A DNA stretch of 64,000 nucleotides from Marsupella aquatica (Eukaryota; Plantae; Marchantiophyta): NCBI GenBank assembly GCA_973895155.1, contig OZ316898.1:2703927-2767926 (forward strand), written 5' to 3'. A model generated the notes under the pieces. The model saw only the letters and a list, made by a program, of their open reading frames with translations, did not search any database and had not been told where the DNA came from. Of the stretch, positions 37,901 to 51,249 are shown piece after piece. Position numbers and translations under genes: made by a program. Position 1 is the first letter of the stretch. Each line of letters begins with the position of its first letter.

Positions 37901-40900
37901 CATGAGGGTAAAGTATATGAATGAGTTCTCGATGGAATCTAGTCTAGAATTCTTGTGAAGCGAGCTACCGATGACTCCGATACTGTTCCTCCACATGCAA
38001 ATCTGGAGAGCCTGGAGCTCTGGAGCTCTGGAGTTCTGGACTGCTGCTCCAGTCTGGAAAGCCGCGTGCAAAGCGGGACGCAGAAGTCAAAACTGGTCAT
38101 GCTCACCTGACGTGATGATGATGACTGCATGACTCTGGTGTAGCACAGTTGTTCGAAAAGACACGCCGCCATGCTACCGTATGAAACGAGAGGGAAGACC
38201 AATCCGTCCACCGTGAAGACCATGTTGAAGACCTCATCCCAAGCCTTGGAGACTCCTTATATTACCGAGATTACAAAACTACTTGTTGGGCAGCAGCAGG
38301 CGGATAAGCTGTAGCCGTTTCTGTAAAGGACGCTGTCTTTTCTCCGCGACTGTCGAATGGTCTTCCTTCAAATACGATGGCAGCGCAAAGCAGGGTTCCT
38401 GCTGGCCCAGCTTTTTGATTAATTTAATCGAATGAATTCTCGCACCGAACAGATTCCCGACATATTCAAGACAGCGCCCTGTTCTCAGTTCGAAGGACGG
38501 TCATGAACTGATGGATGAAAGGCACCGGGTAGATAAAAAGCTGTCCGATTTCAATTGATCAACAGCTTCAGACAGTTGCATTGGCCGTGTTTGCGGGACT
38601 GTTACACAGCGTTTGATGAGAAGTTTGAACAATTGGAGGTTGAAGACCCCTCTTTCCCACTTTCCAGCGAGGGGTGCATTTTCTAGACTGAGAATCGTCT
38701 TGTGTTTCTCTCCTCCTTTTCCCACTTTATTACCGTACGCAGGACGCTTTCGTTTGCTGTGGTTTGTAAAGTAACAATGGCCCGATCTCATTTCATCTTT
38801 TTGCAGTGACGTGAATTAGAAATCTGGGCACACACAACTTGAAATCGAGACAGTGAACGAACTGTTTATTGTTGAAAATCTGATGATCACTTACAATGAC
38901 TCGCTGGAGCTGATAGTGTCATTAGCCCTAAGTATGAAATTTTGTGGGGCTTGGTTGTTTGAAATCCTTACAGAAATCCATGTTATTTGGAAACTCAAAT
39001 TGACAGTGGACAAAGCATCTAATGTTGAAATCCTCATGATCACTTACAGTGACTCTCTGGAGCTGATACTGTGAGTCATTAATCCTAACTATCAAATTTC
39101 TTGGGCTTGGTTGTTTGTTTCAAATCCTTTCGGGAACAGCCCATCTCCATAAAGCCACAAATGTTTAATGGCTCTTTGGCCGGCCCTACCTTGCTTGGGA
39201 AGTGTTTATGAATGGACACAATATTATCTCGGTAATGGAGCTTAGAGCTGTGGTTTCTGCCACAAAAAAGCTAGTAGGTGAATTTATTGGTAATGCTGTG
39301 ATTTTCAATGCTTCTTTGCTGCAGATTAGTGAGCTCTCGACCAAATTGGTGGGCTATTTTCATCCTTCTTTGTGATGGGTTCAAGCTTCTTGATAGTGGA
39401 AACGTGTTGGGGAGTCCGCTCTTTCTTTTCTACAAGTCTTCATAAGCTCCGTATTCTCACCAACGATCTGAACCTCAGTCCATGACACATGGAGGATTTT
39501 AACGTCTTGGGATGACTGTACATTGTACATTTCTGATCAAAGTAGAGCCAACCCAAAGGCCTCAGCTCTCAGCAGGCTTCCACGCAGATCTTAAGTTTTC
39601 ATCCTGGTGTTAGAGTTTTGCCATTCTTACCCTTTACCTGTGAGTCCTTAACATCTACGCCCCACTAGATGTTGTACCTGTAGATTGGCTGTCTTTGTGT
39701 GTCTTCCCTCTCTACCGATCATGACAATCACCTCCGCCACCTGAGAGGTCTTTCTAAGGTAACAAGCATACACCAATATTATTGATTGATGATGTCCTTG
39801 GTAAGCTACCAGAACATTTATTGGGGTAGATGGCCTTCTCGTTTTAGTGCTGCTGGCCTGTTGCAATAGAGTTATAACAGAACGAGTGCGACATGGAGGA
39901 CGTTTGATTTCCCCCCTTTACTGAATCCGGGTGTACTAGATTCTTGAGACTACGCCTGTGTCATAGTTATGGCTTCTTTGGAAACCACCGAATCATGGCC
40001 CTGCCTGGTTCTTCAGGCTCTCCAAAATGGAATTACTCGTCTCCAAAGTTGATTTGGATGAGGGGAACGCTTGACAGTATTTGTGACTTTGAGAAGTCCA
40101 GGTCCAAGCGTTGCAGCTCAGCAAATTAAGAAAGTACCAACTGCAGGCACCCGTCAAGAATGCACTGGTGCAGAATCTCTATTCTAGTACCCAGTCACAT
40201 GAAGTCAGCCCTCTAGAGGATGATGGTAAAGCTTAACGCGGGTCGACTCTACCAGGCATAAAAAGGAGGTGAGGGATTCAAGAGCAATCAGGACTGAATG
40301 TGATACTTCGAATTAATTCCTAATCAGGTATGTCCCTTCAAATCGAATTGACAAATTTAAATTGTAAATAGTGTTGAGTGAAATTGTGGTATTCAGGGGA
40401 GATTTTACTCTTTCCTATAGTCTTGTACCAATTGAACAGAACACTTAATGGCCACGCGTTTCTTCAACCAACTCCACAGTTGCTGAGGTACTTGGACCTT
40501 ACTTCATACTTCACCCAAAGCAGCAGAAGGTACAAAGTCTGACTCAAGAAAAACTCTGACTTGTGTGAGCTGAACGAGGAAGTCTCTAAAGATAGTGAGA
40601 AACTTGGACACGAATAGCTTTAGAGTCCTCGTTGGCATATTATAAGATTGGCTCATCCTAGTTTAACTATAATCTTCCAGCATCAATGCTAGATATATAA
40701 CTCTGTTTTCTTAGAATGTCTTGTGACTCCGACCATTTGCCTAGTCACGCTTCCAATTGAGAATAGAATCAACTAAATAGGAAAACTCATAAACATGTCA
40801 ATGAGACTGAGTGGTGATGGTGCTCAAACAAGAGACAGTCCCAAGTATTACTAATTTCAGTCACTAAGATGGAAATGATTGACATGCTGGATTCAATTCG

Positions 40901-43037
40901 TGCAATGCTTTTAGTCCAATTACTCTGTTTCAAATAGAAGTGCCAACAGATGAATAATCCTAAGGATGGAGTTAGTAAATGTCGAGAATGTGAAATTGCA
41001 ACAGTTGGTTTTTAATAGCGGGTTCACTCTATTTCTTAAGAAGGATTTGGAATAGCATTTAGTTTAGTGGTGGAAATTCCCTAGTCTGAAAAGTCATTGT
41101 CTTTTCCTAAGTAGTCAGAATCTGATGGTTATCTTTAAATCTAGGGAAAGCCAATGGTCAGAAACTAATCTGGGATTATTCCTAACTTCTTCTCCTTCAC
41201 ATAAGGTGACATTAATCACCCCGGCAAGAAAGTAAAACCCTTATAAAGTAAACTAAATTTGAAGCTAGTCGAGTCTTAATACACATCATACAAAGGTTTT
41301 GTTGTGGCAAAGTTTTCCCAAAATCTGCCTGCTCAAAAACCTTTCACCACTTTTGGCAATTTCCGCTAGAGTTTTGGAGTCCCATTAGCCAGTTCCCAAC
41401 AAGCCCTGAGCAGGACAATTGTTTACAGAACAACCTGGGGTAATAAGCACAACGGGTGTTATGTGATGAAAGACAACTTAACATCTGGGATGGTAATAAG
41501 CACAACAGATGTTATGTGATGAGAGATAACTGCAGGAAAAGGCGATGAATATCCAAGGGTGAGCATACTCTAATGATGGGATTGGACTGCAACACTTATG
41601 TTGGCTCTAAATATGCAACCCGCCCCAGGCTCTTCCTATTGCCAACATGTCTGACTTGCTTAGCGGCCTAACAATACGATCTGGGGCCATTTTGAGCCCC
41701 CCGTCACTTTAATAAAACTTTGTTCAATCAATAGTGAGGTGAAGATATTCCTCCAACAATTTGAGGAATTGGGAATGAATTCATACAAGGAAATTTGACT
41801 AATTTGACAAACCACACACTTTTTGACAGTAAAAAATGTGAACATTTGAATGGAAAAAGTTACAGCCCTTTGAATAAATAGAAAGCTATAATACAAGGTT
41901 ACACCTTTTTATAGCGTGGTCCTCCGTCATGTTTGCAACGTCCCCAAAAGGACAAACATACAAAAATCTTACCAAAGAGAAGGAATAAAACCAAATAAAC
42001 ATTTCATTTTAGTGTGAATGAAATTGAAGTGCACCCTTTCCAAGCAAGAAGGGATCCAGTAGAACGAAGGGAGATGGGGAGGGTCTATCAATGCACTAGG
42101 GTCAAGGAGACTTCCCTTTACAAACTCAGTAAAAAGTGTAAACCAATCGTAGTCCTTCATTAAAAATTTGTTTTGCTGATCCATCTATACCTCTTTTAAT
42201 CTCAATTGCCTCTGCCGGAGCTGCTCATAGATTGCCCAAACCTGACCAAGATGAAAATTTAATAGAAGTCTCATTGACATGTTATTAGTTTTCCTATTTA
42301 GAACTCTTGGAATCTCAAAATGGAATCTCAAAATGTTTTCTCGTTGTGTCCAAACTAGAGATTATTCCATTTGCTCGGATAGGATTATGAAAATTAGAGG
42401 AGCTTAATTATGAACTACGATGACAAGGACTTAGAGTAAGAAAATGCACTGTTTTATGGTTACATCAAACATTTTGGGATCACTCTGAATATTGAAGGGT
42501 TATGAAGAGAAGCACACCTATGAACTAGGATGATGACATAAACTTCGAGTAAGAAAATAGACTTTCTCATAGTTACAACAAACATTGTGGGATCCCTCTG
42601 AAAAGAGAAGATTACAAAATTCAAAGTTTAAAATTGGGTTTTTGGCTCTTTTGTTCCTTCCCCTTGATTGGATCTCTCCCTTGTGGGATCCCTCGTGGAA
42701 GTCTTTTGTTTATTGGCAATTTGATAAATATAACCTGAATACAACCGACAATATGACAATATAAGCTCAGATAGGATCCTCATCCTAAACCTTTTCCTCC
42801 CATAGCATTAGTTGGCCCTCCCTGGATCTACGAAAACATACACTTCAAGTAGAATATCATCGACTCACAATAAAAAAACATTTTGAGATTCCATTTGAGC
42901 TTAGTTTTCAAGGTGCGGATCAGCTTATTTTTTAAGTGCTAAGTTTTGCCAAATTCCACCTCCCAAAAAACTGTTAGCCACTTTTGGCTAATATTAGCTA
43001 GATTTTTTTAACACCATTAGCCACTTTTTCACCAAAT

Positions 43038-43285
43038 CATGTACCTCATTCTCCAGAATCTAGCCGTCCTCCTTAAATCTATGGATATCTGACTGTCATG
43101 ATCTAATTCAGTGAAATGTGACAGTGAATATTCGTAGAATCTATTCCATTAGAGAAGAAAAAACCATGTACCCCATTTTCCAGAATCTAACCGTACTCCT
43201 TAAATCTATGGATATCTGACGGTCGTGATTATAAATTCAGTGAAATGTGATAGTGAATACTAGAATCTACTCCATTAGAGAAGCA
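43038..43285. repeat. Two ~128-bp tandem copies immediately upstream of MBOAT copy 1
   Basis: catgtacc..ccagaatcta..ccttaaatctatggatatctgac..aattcagtgaaatgtga..tagaatcta..ccattagagaag occurs twice. Confidence 0.85.
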
Positions 43286-43459
43286 AACAAATACCCTTAC
43301 AAAATTAAGCTGGTTCCGATGGTGACTCCATTCGAGCCATAGACTCGAAAGCGTGGGAATTGGGGATCATAAGTATGGTGCACAACTTTATCGGCAAGGC
43401 TAAGATTGTTCGTGAGTAGATTCACTGAGGATCAGCAGAGCAGGTACAGTGCAATAATC

Positions 43460-44779
43460 ATGGTGGCGTTCTCATTCACAGGACGCATCGAGGTCGTGTG
43501 GCTGCTGATCCTGCAGACAACGTATTCTTACTACTTTGTGTTGAGATTGCGGAAAGGTCTTCCCCGGCTGCTTGGCCTTCTGCCATTGTTTCCGCCATCT
43601 CTCCTCGTGCCCTGGAGAGCTCCGACTGTGTCCGAGCGCGTGGTGTTGAGCTTCTTCTTCCTATGGATGATCAACACCAAGTTGCTCCTGCTCGCTTGGG
43701 ACATGGGCCCAGCTGCAGACCCCCTCGCCCTCTCGACCTTTCCCCGATTCTACTTCTCTCTCACGTCCGCCCTGCATCTCAAACGGGCTCATCAGCAAGT
43801 CTCCAATCGGAAGACACAGGATGGCAACCTTGGTGACGATGTGGATGGAATGATAGGAAGCTCGACATGGAGATCCGATGGCAGCCTCGTCGGGGATGAA
43901 AATGGAAGGAAATCGAGCTCAAATCCGGAATCTGATGGCCTCTCTAGCAGTCTCGTTCGGAGGAGACGTGTTGCAGATGATGGCGGCAAGATCCATAACC
44001 AGCCAAGTGAATTACAGGTGGGGCAAGTAACAGCTAAAGGAGGGATTAAAGGAGGGAGTGTTTCTAAGTTGGTAGAAATGGTTGTGTCATCACGAGTTTG
44101 GCAGGTTGTGTTACTCAGGTCTGTGTTCCACCTCACCGTAGCAGTTTCCCTACTGCGGATGCTGCTGGCATGGAAGCACCTCATGTCCGAGTTTGTGGTC
44201 GACATTGTTCTAGTATTTTATCTCTACTTCTCCTGTTTGTTTCTGTTTGAGTCGGCCGCTGCAATCCCGGCTTGCCTTCTCGGAACTGAGACCAACCCAC
44301 AATTCAACATGCCATTCCTGGCAGACTCTCTGGCAGATTTTTGGGGCCGGAGATGGAACTTACTGGTGAACAACCTTCTGCGCGTCTCTGTTTATGAGCC
44401 AGTGCTAAGATTACTCAATGGGAAGAATAAACCCACGCCATGGGGGCGAGTTCTCCCGACTGCAGCCACATTTTTGGTGTCCGGTCTTATGCATGATGTC
44501 TTCTGCTTCTATGGGAGCCGAATTCGGCCATCGTGGGAGCTCACGGCATTCTTCGTGTTGAATGGGGTCGGCACCATTTTAGAAGGGTTCCTCCAACCTC
44601 GGCAACGTTCTCGGGTGCCGAGAGTAGTAAGGTGGGCTTGCACTTTGAGTTTTCTCTACATCACTGCCTATTGGCTCTTCTTCCCTCCCCTCATCCGGAC
44701 TGGTATGGTCGATGCTATAGAAGAAGTTGGTCAGGGTATTGATTGGATCGAAGGGCACATTTTCTGGTGGCGGCACTAG
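43460..44779 (+). CDS. MBOAT long-chain-alcohol/sterol O-acyltransferase (wax synthase type), copy 1
   Basis: Hydrophobic multi-TM ORF with PQFNMPFLADSLADFWGRRWNL..LRVSVYEP, FLVSGLMH (catalytic His), WLFFPPL. Intronless. Confidence 0.93.
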   Translation: MVAFSFTGRIEVVWLLILQTTYSYYFVLRLRKGLPRLLGLLPLFPPSLLVPWRAPTVSERVVLSFFFLWMINTKLLLLAWDMGPAADPLALSTFPRFYFSLTSALHLKRAHQQVSNRKTQDGNLGDDVDGMIGSSTWRSDGSLVGDENGRKSSSNPESDGLSSSLVRRRRVADDGGKIHNQPSELQVGQVTAKGGIKGGSVSKLVEMVVSSRVWQVVLLRSVFHLTVAVSLLRMLLAWKHLMSEFVVDIVLVFYLYFSCLFLFESAAAIPACLLGTETNPQFNMPFLADSLADFWGRRWNLLVNNLLRVSVYEPVLRLLNGKNKPTPWGRVLPTAATFLVSGLMHDVFCFYGSRIRPSWELTAFFVLNGVGTILEGFLQPRQRSRVPRVVRWACTLSFLYITAYWLFFPPLIRTGMVDAIEEVGQGIDWIEGHIFWWRH

Positions 44780-45567
44780 CGGCAGGAGAGCATCCTCTTT
44801 TGGTGCTCTCACAGATAGAGATTTTCCTTCCGAATTGAGGACTTACGTCTAGAGCTATTTGCTCTATGCTTGCCCCCATCTAAGTTCAGTAGCGTCCCCT
44901 CACTGCAAAGCGGTGGAGATGCTCAAGAGAGTGTGTCCTCGTTGGAAATTGTAACACTGGCAGCGAATTCTAAGGTTCTGATGGGGATTCTTTTCATTCG
45001 AATTGCATCTTCGCTGCTAAAATTCATCACGGAATTTGTAAGCGAATAAACCTTAGTTTGCAGATACAAAGCTCAAGGACCTCATTGAAATTTCTAGCGA
45101 AGCAAAGAACTGTTGGCGGTAGTCCTCGTGCTTGATGAGAAACTTCGCTTTCTGGTTGTTCAAGTAGTCAAAACTAATTCGCTTTCACATGAACGTATGA
45201 ACGAGTATTCTTCTTTGACTAGTACACAGTAGAACTGGTTTTGACAACTTGAATTGATGAGACTTGTAAGAATTGCAGGAGTTTTTCAAACCAAATTTGT
45301 GAATATTTTTTCAAATTAGAGAAAAAGAATGTTACCCAAAAACATTGTGCATGATATGGGCGCCTCCCTTGGAATGAGGCCCCCAAGAGGGCCACTGCAA
45401 GCAAGATGGGCAATGGCAGTCACCAAGAGAGCGAGAACTTTTCTCTGTTTTTTTTCTATTTTTTCTCCCCTTTTTCTCTTCCGCTCTCTCACTCCCCTTT
45501 CCCTGCCCCTATCCCTTTATCCTCCCCAGGTTTCTCCCTTCCCCTCCATACTCTCGCACCCAGGAGG

Positions 45568-45906
45568 CTCCCTCCCCAACACAGCCCACCTAATTTGTCT
45601 TTTTTTTTTCCTTTCTTTTCCTCTCCCTTGTACCCTCTGTTCTCTCCCTCCCTCCTTCCCTTTTCTTCCCTTTCCTTCCCTTCAACACGATTGAAAACGA
45701 GAAAATTTAACAGGGAGGAAAAAAATAAAAATTTTCCTCTCTAGTACCTTCCCCAACACAGCCCACCTAATTTGCCCTTTTTCCCTTTCTTTTCCTCTCC
45801 CTTGCACCCTCTGTTCTCTCCCTCCCTCCTTCCCTTTCCTTCCCTTCAACATGATTGAAAACGAGAAAGTTTAACAGGAGGAAAAAAATTAATTTCTCCT
45901 CTCTAG
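45568..45906. repeat. Two ~170-bp pyrimidine-rich tandem copies
   Basis: ccccaacacagcccacctaatttg...gattgaaaacgagaaa...ctctctag occurs twice. Confidence 0.8.
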
Positions 45907-46571
45907 CAAAAAGCCAAAAAAGCCCACATACTAAGATACTTCCCATGTAGTGGCTATTTGCTAGAAGCACGGTACCTTATGTAGTATTTTCTATTTGCTT
46001 TAGAAGCAAGGCTACATCCATTGGGTCTCCCTTTTCAGTCAATTCAATGGTGTCAAAAACACTAAAATACAGTGGAGTCTCCTGGCTTGTTCCCTCCTTT
46101 TTCAACTCTAAGTGCACCCGGGGAGATTTTGGCAGGATCCATTACTGTACTGGTTAATTGATGTGACCTTGTGCACATAGAGACAGACCAGGCTGAGGAT
46201 AATTGCACATTTAACAAAGGGACGTAAATCACATACTCTTATCAAAAAGTGCACAATTCTACAGGTTTGCGCTTTTCGCGTAGTGCACACCCAATGCTTT
46301 TTAGTGCGTGAGTGTGCACTTACAGTGGGACGACAGTACCTGCTTGTATCTTGACCTGGATGTCATTCTCGTGTTGTCGTTGTTTGTGGCTCCTCAGTCT
46401 ATAAAATATGAGGCTATGGCGGTGGGGCAGAATGGTGTCGCAATGGTGCAGGAGATGGCATTGTATTGGTTCGCACTCATGAACACTATGGACGCAGAGA
46501 TGGATTGATTTTCCGTCCTTGCTACCTCCTCCTTAGTAGCGCTTCACTGATTCGAGAAGGGTGAAGGCGAC

Positions 46572-47762
46572 ATGGCTTTCCCATCTCTTGAAGGACGGAT
46601 AGAGGCCGCATGGCTGTTCATTGCGGAAATGACGTATGTGTATTACCTGGTCCTGAGGTTGAGAAGTGGTCTTCCCCGATTGCTTGCTCTGCTGCCGCTG
46701 CTTCCGCTGGGTTTTGTCGTAGCGTGGAGAGGCCCGACTGCCTTCGAGCGAATTGTGTATTGCAACCTTTTCCTGTGGATGCTCATGTTCAAGTTCGTGC
46801 TTCTGGCTTGGGGCAGGCGCTTCGCCGCCGACTCCAACGCTCTGTCCAGCTTCCCGAGATTCGTCTATGCCTGTCAGTCCGCCGCCCACCTTCCGCTTGA
46901 TCCGCAATTCATCAAGACAGAGGACTTGAGGAAACGACATTTCGGGTCTGTCGTTGATTCATCGAGTGGTCTGAAGAAATCCGGATCTGGCAGCGACTCA
47001 GCTGGAGTTCAGGATGAGGATCCCATAGAGGTGGAGACCATAACAAGGAGTTCCAATCTAATGCAGGTGATTGTCAGCTCGCAGGCCTTGCACATTGTGA
47101 TACTCCGATGCCTGTTTTACTACATCCTCACAACTTCCTTGCTGCGGATGGTCCTGACCTGGACGGATCTGGTGCCTGAATTCGTACTTGACATAATGCT
47201 CGGGTTCTTCACGTACTTCTCCCTCTCGCTGTTCTTGGAGGCGGCTGTCGTGCTCCCCGCTTCGATCGTCGGACCGCAGCTACAGCCGCTGTTCGACATG
47301 CCAATCTTGGCGGACTCTCTAGGAGATTTCTGGGGCCGGAGATGGGACTTGCTGATGATGAATCTCCTGCGCGTGTCCGTGTACGAACCTATGCTCCGGA
47401 TCCTTGGCCAGGGAACGAAACCATCAAATGTCGTCCGGGCGATCTCCACCGAGGCGACATTTTTAGTGTCTGGACTCGTGCACGAGCTCGCTGTATTCTG
47501 CGCGAGCCGGAGCAGGCCATCGTGGGAGATGACGACCTTCTTCGTGCTGAATGGAGTTGGCACCATTGTGGAAAGGTTTATCAAAGCACGATATGGATTC
47601 CTGATGCCGAGATTGTTACGAAGGGCCAGTACTTTGATCTTCCTGTCCATCACGGCGCATTGGTTCTTCTTCCCTCCCCTCAAGCGAGATGGGCTGCTAG
47701 ATGGAATGGCAGATCTGCGTGATTCAATCGATAGGATAGAAAACATGATTTTGCTGCAGTGA
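46572..47762 (+). CDS. MBOAT wax-synthase-type acyltransferase, copy 2
   Basis: PLFDMPILADSLGDFWGRRWDL..LRVSVYEP, FLVSGLVHE, WFFFPPL. Confidence 0.93.
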   Translation: MAFPSLEGRIEAAWLFIAEMTYVYYLVLRLRSGLPRLLALLPLLPLGFVVAWRGPTAFERIVYCNLFLWMLMFKFVLLAWGRRFAADSNALSSFPRFVYACQSAAHLPLDPQFIKTEDLRKRHFGSVVDSSSGLKKSGSGSDSAGVQDEDPIEVETITRSSNLMQVIVSSQALHIVILRCLFYYILTTSLLRMVLTWTDLVPEFVLDIMLGFFTYFSLSLFLEAAVVLPASIVGPQLQPLFDMPILADSLGDFWGRRWDLLMMNLLRVSVYEPMLRILGQGTKPSNVVRAISTEATFLVSGLVHELAVFCASRSRPSWEMTTFFVLNGVGTIVERFIKARYGFLMPRLLRRASTLIFLSITAHWFFFPPLKRDGLLDGMADLRDSIDRIENMILLQ

Positions 47763-47818
47763 CAGTCCAATACACATACATGTATATACATGGGCATTTC
47801 AAGAGATTAGGTTAGCCT

Positions 47819-47820
<2 letters not shown>

Positions 47821-47853
<33 letters not shown>
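47821..47853. repeat. (TA)n microsatellite
   Basis: Uninterrupted TA run. Confidence 0.95.
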
Positions 47854-47856
<3 letters not shown>

Positions 47857-48204
47857 CCTTGCATTTGCGTATGACCCTTCAATTTGCAGCCTTAAACCGT
47901 GCATATGCATATGGCCTTTCAATTGGCAGCCCTAAACCCATGTTCTGGGAGCTTATTACTTGAGGAAAAATTGTGCCACACGCAAATTAGGTTAATCTTG
48001 TATGTATATATACCCCTTCAATTTGCAGCCCTGAACCCACGTTCTGGCAGCTTATTACTTGAGAAGAAAAATGTGCCAGAAATGCCTAATTTTCCAGCTT
48101 GACAGCTTCTGAAATAGAAACGCAAAGGCCAAGGTCCTTAAACTTTCGGGCCCTTGCAGTCCCCCTTGCAATCCCGAGCTTTTGAAAAGCAAAGACAAGA
48201 CTAT

Positions 48205-48482
48205 CCTGTGGTCCTGAGCTCAAGGCTTTTATCCCTGAAATTGAGTGAATTTTAAGTGGCAATTTTTTAGACTCCAGCTTCATATAACATAGCTCGTATG
48301 TGGTCCTGAGGTCTAGCTTTTATCCCTGATATTGAGGGAATTTTAATGGACAATGTTTTAGACTCTAGCTTCATGCAACATAGCTCTTATGTGGTCCTGA
48401 GCTCAAGGCTTTTATCCCTGATATTGAGGAAGTTCTAAGGGACAAGTTTTTAGGGTCCAGCTTCATGCAACGTAGCTCTGTG
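48205..48482. repeat. Three ~92-bp tandem repeats
   Basis: tgtggtcctgag...ttttatccctga...agcttcat...tagctc repeated three times. Confidence 0.85.
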
Positions 48483-48949
48483 TGCATTTAGTGATTAAAC
48501 AGCCAAGGTCCCCAAAGCAAAACCTGGTAGATCCAAGTTACCATAAATAGTATACTTGAATTTAGGATGTAGTCCCCTGAATACTAGAGCAATTTACTTT
48601 GTAAATGCACCGAACCAGTATGTGGGTCCAGCTCAAATGTTTCAGTTGGATTCCCTTGCCAAAATCCACTCCCTTGTGCATTTATTGTTTTGAACTTATG
48701 TGCAAAAAAAATGTATGGATTGTGTCTAAAGCACATCTAAAAGAGTGAGAAGATGTAACAAAAAAGAAGAAGATGTGATTGAGCCACCAATTATATATAA
48801 TTCTCAAATGTCCTTGGCTGTTTATTTTGAGTTTTTTTGTTAATCCTTGTTGTTAATTCTTTATTGGGTGCTTTACTTGACGTCGTTGACCATAAGTTGT
48901 CATTCTAAATAACACTGACAGATGAAAATAGAGTTCTTTAAAACTTTTT

Positions 48950-49945
48950 CAGAAATGAGAAAAAGACTTGATGGGGCCCCTCCAGGGGAAAATAAAAACC
49001 CTGGAGAGGCCCCTTCGTTTCAAAAGGAGTTCCTGGCCCCCTCCCCCTGCCCTTGCACATCCCCTCCAACTCAGTCGCTCTAGCCCTGGTACCATGAAAC
49101 CTGGTTCTCATTGGAAGCCTGTTTTTTTAATGTTCTTCTTTCTTGCTAAAGTGGCTAGTGACACCTGGTCAAATGAAATAGAATATTCTAGGAATGTTCT
49201 TTATATAAAAAAAATTATTTAATAAGGACCATTAGATCTCCCTAGATTAATGGCAAATTGTCAGATTCTAGCAAATGGTATCTATGCCTAGCTGGGAAAG
49301 TTTTAAAAAAAAACACGAACTAGCCAAAAATGGCTAATACCTTTTAAGTGGGGTTGAGGACTGGAATTTTGCACAGTAGCTGATCAAAACAATGGGGGCA
49401 AGGAAGGGCAACTTTGAGAAGCCTCATTGTGGCATCACTACGGGTCACAATATTCGCCAGGAAAATTAACTCTGGGGGTTTTTGGTCTGAGATGGGTCAC
49501 AACACCCGGCCCTTGGGTTAACATCAGTAGAGCCCCAACACATTTGTAGAGCAATTTTAGCATGGACAACAGTGCTGTTTCCCCGTCCCCTCCGCCCTAC
49601 CTTTTTTTTACCTATCCACATACCCCATTTGCCAGACTCTGACCGGTCTCCTCAAATCTAGGGAGATCTAATGCTCATAAATCAAATCAATCTAAGAAAA
49701 TTATGTAAGGAATATTTTCAGAATCTTTTACTTCACACCAAGTGAGATTAGTTTGCCACTATGGGACAAAAGGAAAACCCCCAAAAAAACAGGCTGGTAA
49801 TGACACTAGGGCTACAAGGGCTACTAGGGCTACAAGGGCTACAGGGACTGGGGGGCAGGGAGTCCATTCCAAACTAATGGGCCTCGTAAGGGGTTTCTTT
49901 TGCTGGAGGGGTCCCATCAAGTATTTTCCTCACCTCAACACACTA
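48950..49945. mobile_element. Foldback/Mutator-like non-autonomous element with long (~300 bp) degenerate TIRs
   Basis: acttgatggggcccctccagg (~48966) vs ctggaggggtcccatcaagt (~49903). cattagatctccctagatt (~49230) vs aatctagggagatctaatg (~49655). TSD not found. Confidence 0.7.
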
Positions 49946-51249
49946 AAATGATGGAGCTAAAATAGGGATTGCCTTTCATTAAAAACAGGGGTACTTCTAA
50001 CAACCTACCTTTTTCACTTTTCCACATTCAATCTATTATCATCCATCAAATTAAAAAGATTGAATGCCAAACTGAGCCCTCTTATAAAATGATGCAGTGT
50101 GTCGTGTCTAAGTGAAATATGTATAAGTGCAAAGCGTCACTAAGTGCAGGCAGATCTTTGTGTTCCCAAAACATTCCACCGATTTTATGAGTACTTGTAG
50201 TTTTTTTTTGCAAAATGACATAATTCAATATGCACCATCACTAGCCAACAAACACATATTAAGCGCAAAATCCATGAATATCTGTTACTATGCAATTATC
50301 AATAGTTAATATAACCTTTTATTGATAAGTGCAAATCTTGATTAAATGAACACTACCCCAAAACTACAGCTAGGGGAGATTGTGCAGATATTATGCATAA
50401 CTGCATGTTGATAGAGTTTGTGCTACGAGTATAATAAGGCAGTCCGACCATCTTCCCAGGACCTTGCTTCTATTACACATTTGACTGTAAATAGATTTAA
50501 ATATTAGATACTTCCTTACTGCAACCGGAGAAGGAACTTCAGTAAATACCCGACCATGCATGGAACTCAAATAGGTGGACGGTCACACAAGTAGGAGGAC
50601 TAACCAGAATCATCAAATACTGAAAGAACCATGAATGGAACTCAAATAGGTTTTTTATCCATCAAACTCAGATACTAGCTCCATGGGTTGAATGCCAAAC
50701 TTAGCCCTCTTATAGATCGATGCAGTTTGTCGTGTCTAAGTGAAATGTGTACAAGTGCAAAGCATCACTGAGTAAGTATTTTCATGCACTTATTGGATTC
50801 ACAACTTCACTTGTGTAAAAATTGTAACGTGTACCAGAATGGTAATGTGAGAATGTTAACCCGTGTGGGATCTATGTTAGTTGTCACTCGCAAACTGATA
50901 AAGAATTGAGTAATCCAGGTCAGAATTATAAGTTCTAGGATACTCTGAAGCTATATCCGACAGTGTAACTCACATCGATTCAAGTCAGTTTCCTGAGCAC
51001 TTCAAGTTGACTTGAAATCGAGATCCAGCGAATTAAAGTGTGTTACTTCAATTCGTCTAATTACTACTTCCAAAGTAACCTGGTTTGCCAGTTCGTGTCC
51101 GTGGATCAAGTCACATTTCTATTAATTTCACAACACCGCAATACCTTGACGTAGGGTCTGAGCTCTAGAGTGTGCAAAGACGGCAGCTTCTGGATGGAGT
51201 TAGGAATTCTTTTCCAAAGTATACTCTCAATAATTGACGACCAAGAGCA

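Noticed and set aside
47120-47797. 225-aa minus-strand ORF and similar ORFs opposite the MBOAT, 2OGD and kinase genes
   Set aside because: They are antisense shadows of real genes.
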